Assembly (NCBI GenBank): GCA_031315865.1
Contig: JALDRJ010000002.1
Coordinates: 701,147-765,146 of the forward strand
Source: Nitrospirales bacterium
GTDB taxonomy: Bacteria; Nitrospirota; Nitrospiria; Nitrospirales; UBA8639
Length of the DNA stretch: 64,000 nt
Reading direction: 5' to 3'
Position 1 is the first letter of the stretch. Each line of letters begins with the position of its first letter. Positions 1 through 8,599 of the stretch are shown in pieces. A model generated the notes under the pieces. That model had not been told where the DNA came from, ran no database searches, and saw only the letters and a program-made list of their open reading frames with translations. The position numbers and the translations under genes are program-made.

Positions 1-855
1 TTCTTCATAGGTCACCCGCGCTAACGGCGGCACTACCGCTTCAAGTTTCGAAACATCCCGTTCTAATATTTCCAGCTCTTCCCGACGGCGTGCCAAGACT
101 CGTTCGACAACACTCGTCAGAAGGCCTTCCGCAAGATCCATTGCATCAGACAGTTCGGCAAAAGCCATTTCCGGTTCAACCATCCAAAACTCCATCAAGT
201 GCCGCCGGGTTTTGGATTTCTCGGCCCGGAAGGTCGGTCCAAAGCAATACACCTTCCCGAACGCGGCTGCCGCCGCTTCGCTGTACAGCTGCCCGCTTTG
301 TGCCAAATAGGCCGTTTGATCGAAGTATTGTGTCTGAAATAACGTGGTCGTCCCCTCACAAGCATTCGGTGTAAAAATGGGCGTGTCGATCAACGTAAAG
401 TCCCGATCATCAAAGAAGTCCCGACAAGCGCGAATAATTTCATGCCGAATTCTCAAGACGGCATGTTGACGCCTTGAACGCAACCACAAATGACGGTGCT
501 CCATTAAAAATCCAACACTGTGCTCCTTCGGTTGAATGGGAAACGGGTCAGCCAGCTGGACGATCTCGATCCCTGTCACATCAATTTCATATCCCCCCGT
601 GGCTCTGGGCTCTTCCCTCGGGACTCCGGTCAACATAATTGAGGATTCCTGGGTGAGTTGAGCCGAACGTTCAAAATGTTCAGGCTCAATCGTCGCCTTG
701 TTTACGACAGCCTGAACATCGCCAGTGCCATCGCGCAGGACCAAAAAGTGGATCTTGCCCTTGGATCGACGACGACGCAACCACCCCTTAAGTTTGACTT
801 CCTGACCGACATAGGCCGCGATACGTTCGACCGTTATATTGGGAGATGCTTGCAT
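1..855 (-). CDS. asnS: asparagine--tRNA ligase, N-terminal 285 codons (3' end lies beyond the window)
   Basis: The minus-strand frame is open to position 1, so it is absent from the track (no stop in window). The ATG is at 853-855. The translation contains [36 protein letters not shown] and the class-II motif [27 protein letters not shown], which is typical of AsnRS rather than AspRS. Confidence 0.8.
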   Translation of the reverse strand, partial: MQASPNITVERIAAYVGQEVKLKGWLRRRRSKGKIHFLVLRDGTGDVQAVVNKATIEPEHFERSAQLTQESSIMLTGVPREEPRATGGYEIDVTGIEIVQLADPFPIQPKEHSVGFLMEHRHLWLRSRRQHAVLRIRHEIIRACRDFFDDRDFTLIDTPIFTPNACEGTTTLFQTQYFDQTAYLAQSGQLYSEAAAAAFGKVYCFGPTFRAEKSKTRRHLMEFWMVEPEMAFAELSDAMDLAEGLLTSVVERVLARRREELEILERDVSKLEAVVPPLARVTYEE

Positions 856-994
856 GTGTCGCCTCTTGTTCCTCTGCCGTCACGTTTCTCTGGTATTCAC
901 GTGCCCGAGCGTTGCGATTGTGCTGGTCTTCTCGTTGACAGGGTTCAAACCCCGCGGATATCATGAAGCTCCATTGTAAAGGAGGATGTGCCCC

Positions 995-1315
995 ATGAGC
1001 TATACGATAACAGTTCGAGAACTCAAGGATCGGTTAGATAAAGGAGAGGATCTTTTTATTCTGGATGTACGGGAGCCTCATGAGTTTTCCCTAGCAAAGA
1101 TTGATGGATCGGTCCTCATTCCCCTCGGAACGCTGCCAACTTCTCTCGACCAGCTTGATCCGAATCGCGAGATCATCGCGATGTGCCATAAGGGCATGCG
1201 CAGCGCGGACGCCATGGGATTCCTGCTCCAGCAGGGTTTCTCCAATGTCAAGAATCTTGTAGGAGGAATCGATGCCTGGTCCGTTGAAATCGACAGCTCC
1301 GTGCCGCGCTACTAA
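995..1315 (+). CDS. single-domain rhodanese-like sulfurtransferase
   Basis: This is the track ORF 986..1315. AGGAGG lies 9 nt upstream of the second ATG (995). The active-site loop is CHKGMRS, within a typical rhodanese fold sequence (ILDVREPHEF...GGIDAW). Confidence 0.8.
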   Translation: MSYTITVRELKDRLDKGEDLFILDVREPHEFSLAKIDGSVLIPLGTLPTSLDQLDPNREIIAMCHKGMRSADAMGFLLQQGFSNVKNLVGGIDAWSVEIDSSVPRY

Positions 1316-1367
1316 ACACTCTGAGCCAATGACGGCCCCGGCGCGTTTAGGAGGTCCGGCTCAGACA

Positions 1368-2288
1368 CTATGATTTAAAATACTCGACAGTTTGTGACAG
1401 CCCGTCTGCCAAAGACACATTGGCATCCCACCCGAATTCTTCCCGGAGTTTGCTTACATCCAAGACACTTCGAAGCTGTTCGCCTTTTTTGGCAGGGCCA
1501 TAGAGGTCTTTGCAGTCCGATTTTGTGAATTCTTTTAAAAGCCGGTAACATTCGTTCACCGTCGTCTCCTGCCCGGTCCCAACATTGTAGATCCCTTGGA
1601 TATCCTGACCGAATGTCGCCATGATCGACTCCACGACGTCGTCGACATACACGAAATCCCGTGTCTGCTTCCCGGTCCCGTTGATCATGGGCTGCTCACC
1701 TTTCAACATTTTTTTGGAAAAAATCGCGATGACCCCAGCTTCGCCTTCCGCCTCTTGTCGTGGCCCGTAGACATTTCCAAAACGAAGGGCGACGTATCGA
1801 ATACCCTGCTCATGCGCATAATAGGCTAGATATTTTTCCCCCGCCAACTTACTAATTCCATAGGGAGACAGAGGGTCTGTCCGATGCGACTCCGAAGCCG
1901 GAAACACTTCCTGCTCTCCATACACAGCTCCCCCGGAAGAGGCAAACGAAACTTTTCGGACACCATGTCGTATGGCATGCTTCAACAGATTGATCGTCCC
2001 GAGAATATTCACCGAGGCGTCAAAAGTGGGATCTTCCGTAGAAAGCCGGACATTCATCTGTGCCGCCAAATGGATAATCGTCGTCGGCCGTTGTGTGCGA
2101 AGAACCCGATCGATACTCCGACTTTGAATGTCCATTTTATAGAGCTTCGCCTTCTTATTGACATTTTTTCGTTTGCCTGATGATAGATTGTCGATCACGG
2201 ACACGTGGTACCCTTCTTGGACCAAACGATCAACAACATGAGAACCGATAAACCCTGCGCCTCCTGTGACCAACACATTCCTAGACAT
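1368..2288 (-). CDS. NAD-dependent epimerase/dehydratase (UDP-glucose 4-epimerase-like SDR)
   Basis: It has an N-terminal Rossmann motif VTGGAGFIGSH and a catalytic YxxxK (YGISK). The length is 306 aa. Confidence 0.85.
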   Translation of the reverse strand: MSRNVLVTGGAGFIGSHVVDRLVQEGYHVSVIDNLSSGKRKNVNKKAKLYKMDIQSRSIDRVLRTQRPTTIIHLAAQMNVRLSTEDPTFDASVNILGTINLLKHAIRHGVRKVSFASSGGAVYGEQEVFPASESHRTDPLSPYGISKLAGEKYLAYYAHEQGIRYVALRFGNVYGPRQEAEGEAGVIAIFSKKMLKGEQPMINGTGKQTRDFVYVDDVVESIMATFGQDIQGIYNVGTGQETTVNECYRLLKEFTKSDCKDLYGPAKKGEQLRSVLDVSKLREEFGWDANVSLADGLSQTVEYFKS

Positions 2289-2335
2289 GCGATTCCTCCA
2301 GAAAGTTCATGCCAACGACATTCCCTATTTTTACA

Positions 2336-3118
2336 CTACGGTTCAGGCCGTGTGTTTACGGCCATCAGCATTTCTCGATTGCCTTTTCGGCCTAAAACCG
2401 GAGAGTCCATCATGCCCATTACGGAGAGCCCCAGGGTTTTCGCGAAGGCGATGAGCTCATCTTTGACTTGTGCTCGTTTGTCGTCTTCTCGAACAATCCC
2501 TCCGCGTCCCACCTGTCCTTTCCCGACTTCGAACTGCGGTTTCACCAACATCACGATTGATGCGGCCTTTCCCAAAAATTTCAGCACGCTTGGCAGGACG
2601 ATTCGCAAGGAAATAAATGACACGTCGATCACAGCCAACTCAATTTGATCGTGAATGTCTTCCTTTGACAAATAACGGATATTGCACCGTTCATGGACGA
2701 GTACTCTCGGGTCTTCCCGAAGCTTCCAGTCTAATTGTCCATACCCCACATCAATCGCATAGACTTTTGCGACTCCATTCTGCAACAAACAATCCGTAAA
2801 CCCTCCGGTGGAGGCACCAACATCCATGGCGACTTTTTCTGCGCAGTGAATATCGAAGAAGTCAAGGGCTGCCGCGAGCTTTTCACCGGCTCGACTCACA
2901 TAGGTCGTGCGAGGCAAATTCAGATTGACAGTCGATGCCCGTTCAACCAGCTTTGCCCGCTTATCGACGATGACACCATCGACCGATACACGGCCAGCCA
3001 GGATGTATCGGTGAGCCTGTTCCCGATTGGCGACTAATCCACGAGACACTAACTCTTGATCAAGACGCTGCCGTTTGGCCACTCGATCTCGACCATTCAC
3101 TGCAAGGCAACTCGACAA
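2336..3118 (-). CDS. tlyA: TlyA-family rRNA 2'-O-methyltransferase (hemolysin A-like)
   Basis: An S4-like N-terminus (RLDQELVSRGL...R...I..G.V.VDG) is followed by the FtsJ-type SAM motif DVGASTGGFTDCLLQNGA.KVYAIDVG. Confidence 0.85.
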   Translation of the reverse strand: MSSCLAVNGRDRVAKRQRLDQELVSRGLVANREQAHRYILAGRVSVDGVIVDKRAKLVERASTVNLNLPRTTYVSRAGEKLAAALDFFDIHCAEKVAMDVGASTGGFTDCLLQNGVAKVYAIDVGYGQLDWKLREDPRVLVHERCNIRYLSKEDIHDQIELAVIDVSFISLRIVLPSVLKFLGKAASIVMLVKPQFEVGKGQVGRGGIVREDDKRAQVKDELIAFAKTLGLSVMGMMDSPVLGRKGNREMLMAVNTRPEP

Positions 3119-3166
3119 GATAGCGCGAAGAACGTAATGGGACGAATGACAGAAATATGTAAAATG

Positions 3167-3427
3167 TCATGATTGGGGAACATCTGAGGCCTCGGATTCC
3201 ATATCGCCATCCGAGAAAGCCTGAATTCGTTTCTTCCCATCTTTGTCACGTACGAGAATTTCGACCTTCCGTTCGGCATCATCAAGAACCTTCAAACAGG
3301 TTTTTGATAATTTGATGCCTTCCTCGAAAATCTTTAACGACTCATCTAACGGCAACTCCCCACGTTCTAATTCCGTCACGATGGTTTCAAGTCTTGCTAA
3401 CGCTTGTTCAAATTTCTGAGCTGCCAT
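3167..3427 (-). CDS. xseB: exodeoxyribonuclease VII small subunit
   Basis: This 86-aa ORF contains FEQALARLETIVTELERGELPLDESLKIFEEGIKL. It lies downstream of xseA. Confidence 0.85.
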   Translation of the reverse strand: MAAQKFEQALARLETIVTELERGELPLDESLKIFEEGIKLSKTCLKVLDDAERKVEILVRDKDGKKRIQAFSDGDMESEASDVPQS

Positions 3428-3546
3428 ATAAGTTTAGTCTTTCCCAAAATCATGAATCCCATCCGTCACCGTCCGCTAAGAATGGAAGAAGCTAGCCGCG
3501 TCCTGACGAGATGCCATACCGCATTATACCTTCACGTCAATACGGG

Positions 3547-4905
3547 TCAAGGAACAGAAACAGGCGAATCCTTCATGACATCCTTGACAAGACACTTGAC
3601 ACTGCCATCAACCAGTTTGACATTCAGAAAATCCCCGATTGACACGTCGTGCACGGTGCGCACCAACGTCTTTCCATCACATGTTTCCACGATACTATAT
3701 CCACGAGTCACTACCGTTAACGGACTCAGCGCGTGCAGCACGGTGATCACCCCCTCGCTTTGTTGCCTCTGTTCTTTTAACACAGCTCGTATCCCTCCCG
3801 TCATTCGCATCCAAAGCTGAGGAACAAGTTGTCGCCCACGCCGAATCTGATGATGTGGCGTATTCCCTAACAATCCCGATTCGAGGGATGAGAAACAAAG
3901 ACGAAGACGTTGGTGAAAATCTTGTACTTGGAATCGAAGGCGAGTTTCTAACTCATCAACTCTTTGGCCATACCGAAAGAACCAGATAGCGGGATCAGGG
4001 AGAGAGGATCGTACCACCTTGGCTTGATGTCGACAACGTTCCAGTACATGCCGTGTCGCTTGAATGACACGCCGCTGAAGCTGCCGAGCTTGGAGATGAA
4101 GCTCCTCTTGAGACGGAGCCACTATTTCCGCGGCCGCAGAAGGAGTTGGCGCACGAACATCGGCTGCAAGATCGGCCAACGTGACATCGGTTTCGTGTCC
4201 AACGGCGGAAATGACAGGAATAGCGGAATCGGCAATGGCACGGACGACCTCTTCCTCATTAAAGGCCCAGAGATCTTCGAGTGAACCTCCCCCTCTCCCC
4301 ACAATGAGGACATCCACACCCTTCCTAGAGTTTAGCGTACGGATAGCCTCTGCGATCTGCTTGGAAGCGCCTTCTCCTTGGACCAGCACAGGATGTATCA
4401 GGATCGGGATTGTTGGGCATCGCCGGTGAAGAATACTCAACATGTCATAAAGAGCTGCACCCTGCTGAGACGTCACGATCCCTATTTGGGAAGGAAAAAA
4501 TGGAAGAGGTCGTTTACGAACCAGGTCAAAGATACCCTCACGTTCCAGTTTGCCTTTCAATTGTTCGAAGGCCAACTGAAGCGCACCAATTCCTTTTGGT
4601 TCCACCGCCTCCAGAATAACCTGATAGTCGCCCCGTGATTCATAGACAGTGACCGCGCCACGAATGATCACCTCTAGGCCTTCTTCGAGGACGAAAGGAA
4701 GATGTTGAGCAACCCCGCGAAATAGGACAACGCGTATTTGACTAGATGGATCTTTGAGGGTGAAGTACTGATGGCCAGACGAGGGACGTCGTAAATTGGA
4801 AATTTGGCCTTCCACCAATACGACGGGGAATTGACCTTCTAAGACTCTGCGAACCTGGCTGGTCAGCTCGGAAACAGTCAGAATGCGGGAGAGAAGATTC
4901 AGCAA
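3547..4905 (-). CDS. xseA: exodeoxyribonuclease VII large subunit
   Basis: The 452-aa ORF has an OB-fold N-terminus (VSELTSQVRRVLEG.F..V.V.GEISN) and a catalytic core (GRGGGS.EDLW.FN.E.V.RAI), followed by a coiled-coil tail. Confidence 0.9.
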   Translation of the reverse strand: MLNLLSRILTVSELTSQVRRVLEGQFPVVLVEGQISNLRRPSSGHQYFTLKDPSSQIRVVLFRGVAQHLPFVLEEGLEVIIRGAVTVYESRGDYQVILEAVEPKGIGALQLAFEQLKGKLEREGIFDLVRKRPLPFFPSQIGIVTSQQGAALYDMLSILHRRCPTIPILIHPVLVQGEGASKQIAEAIRTLNSRKGVDVLIVGRGGGSLEDLWAFNEEEVVRAIADSAIPVISAVGHETDVTLADLAADVRAPTPSAAAEIVAPSQEELHLQARQLQRRVIQATRHVLERCRHQAKVVRSSLPDPAIWFFRYGQRVDELETRLRFQVQDFHQRLRLCFSSLESGLLGNTPHHQIRRGRQLVPQLWMRMTGGIRAVLKEQRQQSEGVITVLHALSPLTVVTRGYSIVETCDGKTLVRTVHDVSIGDFLNVKLVDGSVKCLVKDVMKDSPVSVP

Positions 4906-4917
4906 TGAACCGCGACC

Positions 4918-5697
4918 CTATTCATGGATCTGCATTCGCTCGATGCTGACCGCTTTCCCGGTCATGGCATCGACCTCGATCAGTGCCGCACACAAGACAG
5001 CCGGACCTCGAGCTACTTCAAATCGTCTGGGCATTTGAAGGAGAAATTTTTCGATCACACTCTCGGGCTTCATCCCGATCACCGAATGAGAAGGCCCAGT
5101 CATCCCAAGGTCCGTGAGGTACGCGGTGCCCTTGGGAAGGATTTGTTCATCGGCTGTCTGAACATGCGTATGAGTCCCCACCACAGCTGAGACTTTTCCA
5201 TCCAGAAAATGGCCCATCGCCATCTTCTCGGATGTCGTTTCGGCATGCATATCGACGACGATAGCCTGAGTCCGCTCCCGGAGCACTTGTACTTCCCGCT
5301 CGGCGACACGAAACGGACAATCCAGGATAGGCATGAATACTCGCCCCATTAACTGAAGGATACCAAGAGATTCGCCGGATGGCGTTTCAACGATCATCGA
5401 CCCGCGACCGGGAACGCCATCAGGATAGTTGGCTGGACGCAACACGCGCGAATCCTTCCGGATAAAATCTAATGCCTCTTTTTTATCCCAGGCATGATTC
5501 CCCAGCGTAATGACGGTGAGCCCAAGATCGAATAATTCATGCGCAATTTCCGGAGTAATGCCGAAACCTCCAGCAGCATTCTCTCCATTTCCGATGACTA
5601 AATCGACCTGATGTTGGGCGATCGCCTTGTGGAGGCGTTTCATGATGACACGACGACCTGGCTCGCCCATAATGTCGCCGATAAACAGTATCTTCAT
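4918..5697 (-). CDS. YmdB-like (TIGR00282) metallophosphoesterase
   Basis: It contains MKILFIGDI.G..GR, GNGENAAGG.GIT and GNH.WD motifs. It lies immediately downstream of rny, the conserved rny-ymdB pairing. Confidence 0.85.
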   Translation of the reverse strand: MKILFIGDIMGEPGRRVIMKRLHKAIAQHQVDLVIGNGENAAGGFGITPEIAHELFDLGLTVITLGNHAWDKKEALDFIRKDSRVLRPANYPDGVPGRGSMIVETPSGESLGILQLMGRVFMPILDCPFRVAEREVQVLRERTQAIVVDMHAETTSEKMAMGHFLDGKVSAVVGTHTHVQTADEQILPKGTAYLTDLGMTGPSHSVIGMKPESVIEKFLLQMPRRFEVARGPAVLCAALIEVDAMTGKAVSIERMQIHE

Positions 5698-5718
5698 GAG
5701 CTCACTGCCAACGTTAAA

Positions 5719-7296
5719 CTATTTCGCAAATTCGATAAACCGGTTTTCACGAATGACGGTGACCTTAATCTGCCCCGGATAGGTCATTTCTTGCTCAATT
5801 TTTTTGGCAAGATCACGGGAAAGTGTAAATGCTTCCGTATCGTTTAATTCCCCTTGGCGCACCACAACCCGGATTTCACGTCCAGCTTGAATCGCATAGG
5901 CCTTATCCACCCCCTTAAACCCAGTGGCCAATGACTCTAACTTTTCTAACCGTTTGACATAGGCTTCGAGTGTTTCACGTCGAGCCCCTGGTCGTGCTGC
6001 CGAAAGAGCCTCTGCTGCCGCCACTAACACGGATTCCGGGCAAATCGGTTCAACCTGTTCGTGATGGGCCGCGATAGCATTAACGATCTTCTCCGATTCA
6101 CCATATTTTTTAGCCATCTCGGCCCCAAGCATGGCATGGGTTCCCTCTTCTTCATGACTGACGACTTTTCCAATATCATGAAGCAAAGCACCACGTTTGG
6201 CGAGCTTGACGTCTAACCCCAATTCTGAAGCCATGATCCCACAAATGTAGGCAGCCTCTCGTGCATGATAGAGGTTATTTTGTCCATAACTCGTTCTGTA
6301 CTTGAGACGACCGAGCAGTTTGACGATTTCTGGGTGAAAATCGGACAGTCCGACTTCAAAAATCACTTTTTCAGCTTCATCTCTCATCAACTTGTCCAGT
6401 TCGCCCTTAACCTTTTCCACGACCTCTTCAATACGTGTTGGATGTATGCGTCCATCTTGCATCAACCGCTCAAGCGCAATTTTGGCCACCTCTCGTCGAA
6501 GCGGATCGAACCCGGACACAATGACGGCTTCCGGCGTTTCATCGATGATTAAGTCGACTCCGGTCGCCGCTTCCAAGGCTCGAATGTTTCTCCCTTCACG
6601 CCCGATAATACGTCCTTTCATCCCGTCGCTTGCCAGAGGGACAACGGATATCGTCGCTTCATTCACGTAATCCCGGGTGATGCGCTGAATAGAGCGCGTG
6701 ACCATTTCAAGGGCTTCTCGATCAGCAGTCTCACGCGCTTCATCAAGAATTCGCTTGCTGACCAGCGCACCGTCAAGCTTAGCTTCACTCTCAATTTCAT
6801 TGAGTAGCTGTCGTTTGGCTTCTTCGACGGTCATACCAGCCACTCGTTCGAGTGCTTGACGGTGCTCACGTACAGCCTGCTCGCACGCTGCTTCTTTATC
6901 CGTAATGCTTTCTTCCCTTTGCGTAAGCACCTTTTCCCGTCGTCGTGTCTCTTCTTCACGTTTTTCTAGGCTCGAATACTTACGATCTAATGCTTCCTCA
7001 CGCTGGATGAGCTTTTTTTCAGTCGACTGAAATTCAGACCGTGTCTCTTTCTCGCGCCGTTGTATCTCGGATTTAGCCTGAAAGAGGAGGTCTTTGGCTT
7101 CTAATTTTGCATCTTTAATCAGACGTTCGGCATCTCGTTCCGCATTCTGAGTCAGCTGACGAGTTTGCTCTAATGCCTCTGAGCGTTTCGTTTCATCTCG
7201 GTTTCTCTGAATGACACCATTCAGGATGAAGCCGAGGGCTAACGCCAGAATCCCGACAAGAATTGAAATGGTAATCGTGGTAAAAATGGCAGCCAC
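5719..7296 (-). CDS. rny: ribonuclease Y
   Basis: The 525-aa ORF starts with GTG. It has an N-terminal TM helix, a long E/K/R coiled coil, a KH domain (GRIIGREGRNIRALE) and an HD domain (LLHDIGK). Confidence 0.9.
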   Translation of the reverse strand: MAAIFTTITISILVGILALALGFILNGVIQRNRDETKRSEALEQTRQLTQNAERDAERLIKDAKLEAKDLLFQAKSEIQRREKETRSEFQSTEKKLIQREEALDRKYSSLEKREEETRRREKVLTQREESITDKEAACEQAVREHRQALERVAGMTVEEAKRQLLNEIESEAKLDGALVSKRILDEARETADREALEMVTRSIQRITRDYVNEATISVVPLASDGMKGRIIGREGRNIRALEAATGVDLIIDETPEAVIVSGFDPLRREVAKIALERLMQDGRIHPTRIEEVVEKVKGELDKLMRDEAEKVIFEVGLSDFHPEIVKLLGRLKYRTSYGQNNLYHAREAAYICGIMASELGLDVKLAKRGALLHDIGKVVSHEEEGTHAMLGAEMAKKYGESEKIVNAIAAHHEQVEPICPESVLVAAAEALSAARPGARRETLEAYVKRLEKLESLATGFKGVDKAYAIQAGREIRVVVRQGELNDTEAFTLSRDLAKKIEQEMTYPGQIKVTVIRENRFIEFAK

Positions 7297-8005
7297 CCCC
7301 TTCCTTCAAATCCACACTCTAGAGTGGTGGAGAGTTGTGTTACTAGCCTTAGGACTCGTTTGAGTCGATGCTTAGCACACAAAAATTGGTAGAGGACTTG
7401 TTATACGTTACGCCAAGTTGGAATGGATGGCCGTGGAGAGGAAGCGTTAAAAGGAATGTCAGTGCTGCGAACACAAACCCGTTGAAAAGGGCTCCCTCGA
7501 AGGGGAATGCCGTTATACCCCTTGATAGGAACCATGGGAAAAAGGGAATTCTGCCAAGGCAAAACGGGATAAAGATTCTGAACTTCCTTTAAAATCAATA
7601 CTTTTTCAGATGACCCGTTTAGCCACTGACTCACGATATTCTTCAGGTTTGTTGTACGCGAATTCGCACACTGCCTTTTCAGAACCATCAGTAAATGGGT
7701 CATAACACCAAAAATCTTGGCCATTACCAACATAGCTGTAACGAAAACAGCCTCCAAAATTTCCCTTTTTTAGAATAAAAGGGTCTTCTTAATGATACAG
7801 TAACATGATAATAAGCGTATGCAAAATCACGTTACCAGATGAACACATGTGGTTTCAAGATGAATTAAAGAACCCTCTAAATGATTGTAATAAGAAACGT
7901 ATCTCATCTCATAGGCGAAGAGATATTGAACCAGAGTCTTGGGATTTCCTAATGGCCATGACGCCAGGGGAGAATACGCAATGATGAGAATGAGGTGTCG
8001 TACGA

Positions 8006-8299
8006 TTAGGCTGGATGCAGTTCTAGCTGATGATCAATATGCTCCAGCATGCTTTGCGTCAACCGCTCGACTTCAACTTCTCCTGCACGTTGCGTGTTTC
8101 GTTGCTGAAACAATTGATCTGCGATGTTGATAGCGGCCAAAATCGCCAATTTCGTGGGAGTGCAGGTTTTCATGTTGAGGGTCAATGATCGCATCTGTTC
8201 ATCAACATAACTCGCGAGTTCTTGGACATAGTGTTCATCAGCTTCGCCCTGAAGAGAAAACCGTTGTCCGTAGACTTCGACTTCAATGTGTTTTTTCAC
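8006..8299 (-). CDS. zapA: cell-division protein ZapA
   Basis: It contains VEVYGQRFSLQGEADEHYVQELASYVDEQM and LAILAAINIADQL. I place the start at GTG 8297-8299 because GGAGGG lies 5 nt upstream and the preceding gene stops at 8301. The longest-ORF start in the track (8347) would overlap that gene by 47 nt. Confidence 0.75.
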   Translation of the reverse strand: MKKHIEVEVYGQRFSLQGEADEHYVQELASYVDEQMRSLTLNMKTCTPTKLAILAAINIADQLFQQRNTQRAGEVEVERLTQSMLEHIDHQLELHPA

Positions 8300-8300
8300 A

Positions 8301-8546
8301 TTATCCCTCCTGGTGGTGGCTGGTATTATCGAGAAACTCGAGTTCACCGAGGACCTTTTCGATGCGAGAACGGATGCTCGTTCGCTCTTCTTCCCACCCC
8401 TGGGTCAGCTCGTCTTGTTTCACTAAACGCTCTCGCGCAACCTGCAGTTCGTCTTCGAGGGAGGCCTTGTCAGCGCGCAATTCCACGACGAGATCTACGA
8501 GCTTCCTGACCCGAACTTCCAGCGCCTCTATTTTCTCCAGGCTCAT
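8301..8546 (-). CDS. ZapB-like coiled-coil protein
   Basis: This 81-aa ORF has a heptad-rich sequence (LEKIEALEVRVRKLVDLVVELRADKASLEDELQ). It abuts zapA directly. Confidence 0.5.
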   Translation of the reverse strand: MSLEKIEALEVRVRKLVDLVVELRADKASLEDELQVARERLVKQDELTQGWEEERTSIRSRIEKVLGELEFLDNTSHHQEG

Positions 8547-8599
8547 ACTTCCCCCTTCGCTTAATCAAAGATGACGTGACGAATCCGAATATAAAAATT

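Noticed and set aside
7401-7757. A 118-aa minus-strand ORF lies between zapA and rny.
   Set aside because: It has no SD, an odd composition and no recognisable motif. I treat the region as non-coding, as described in the findings.
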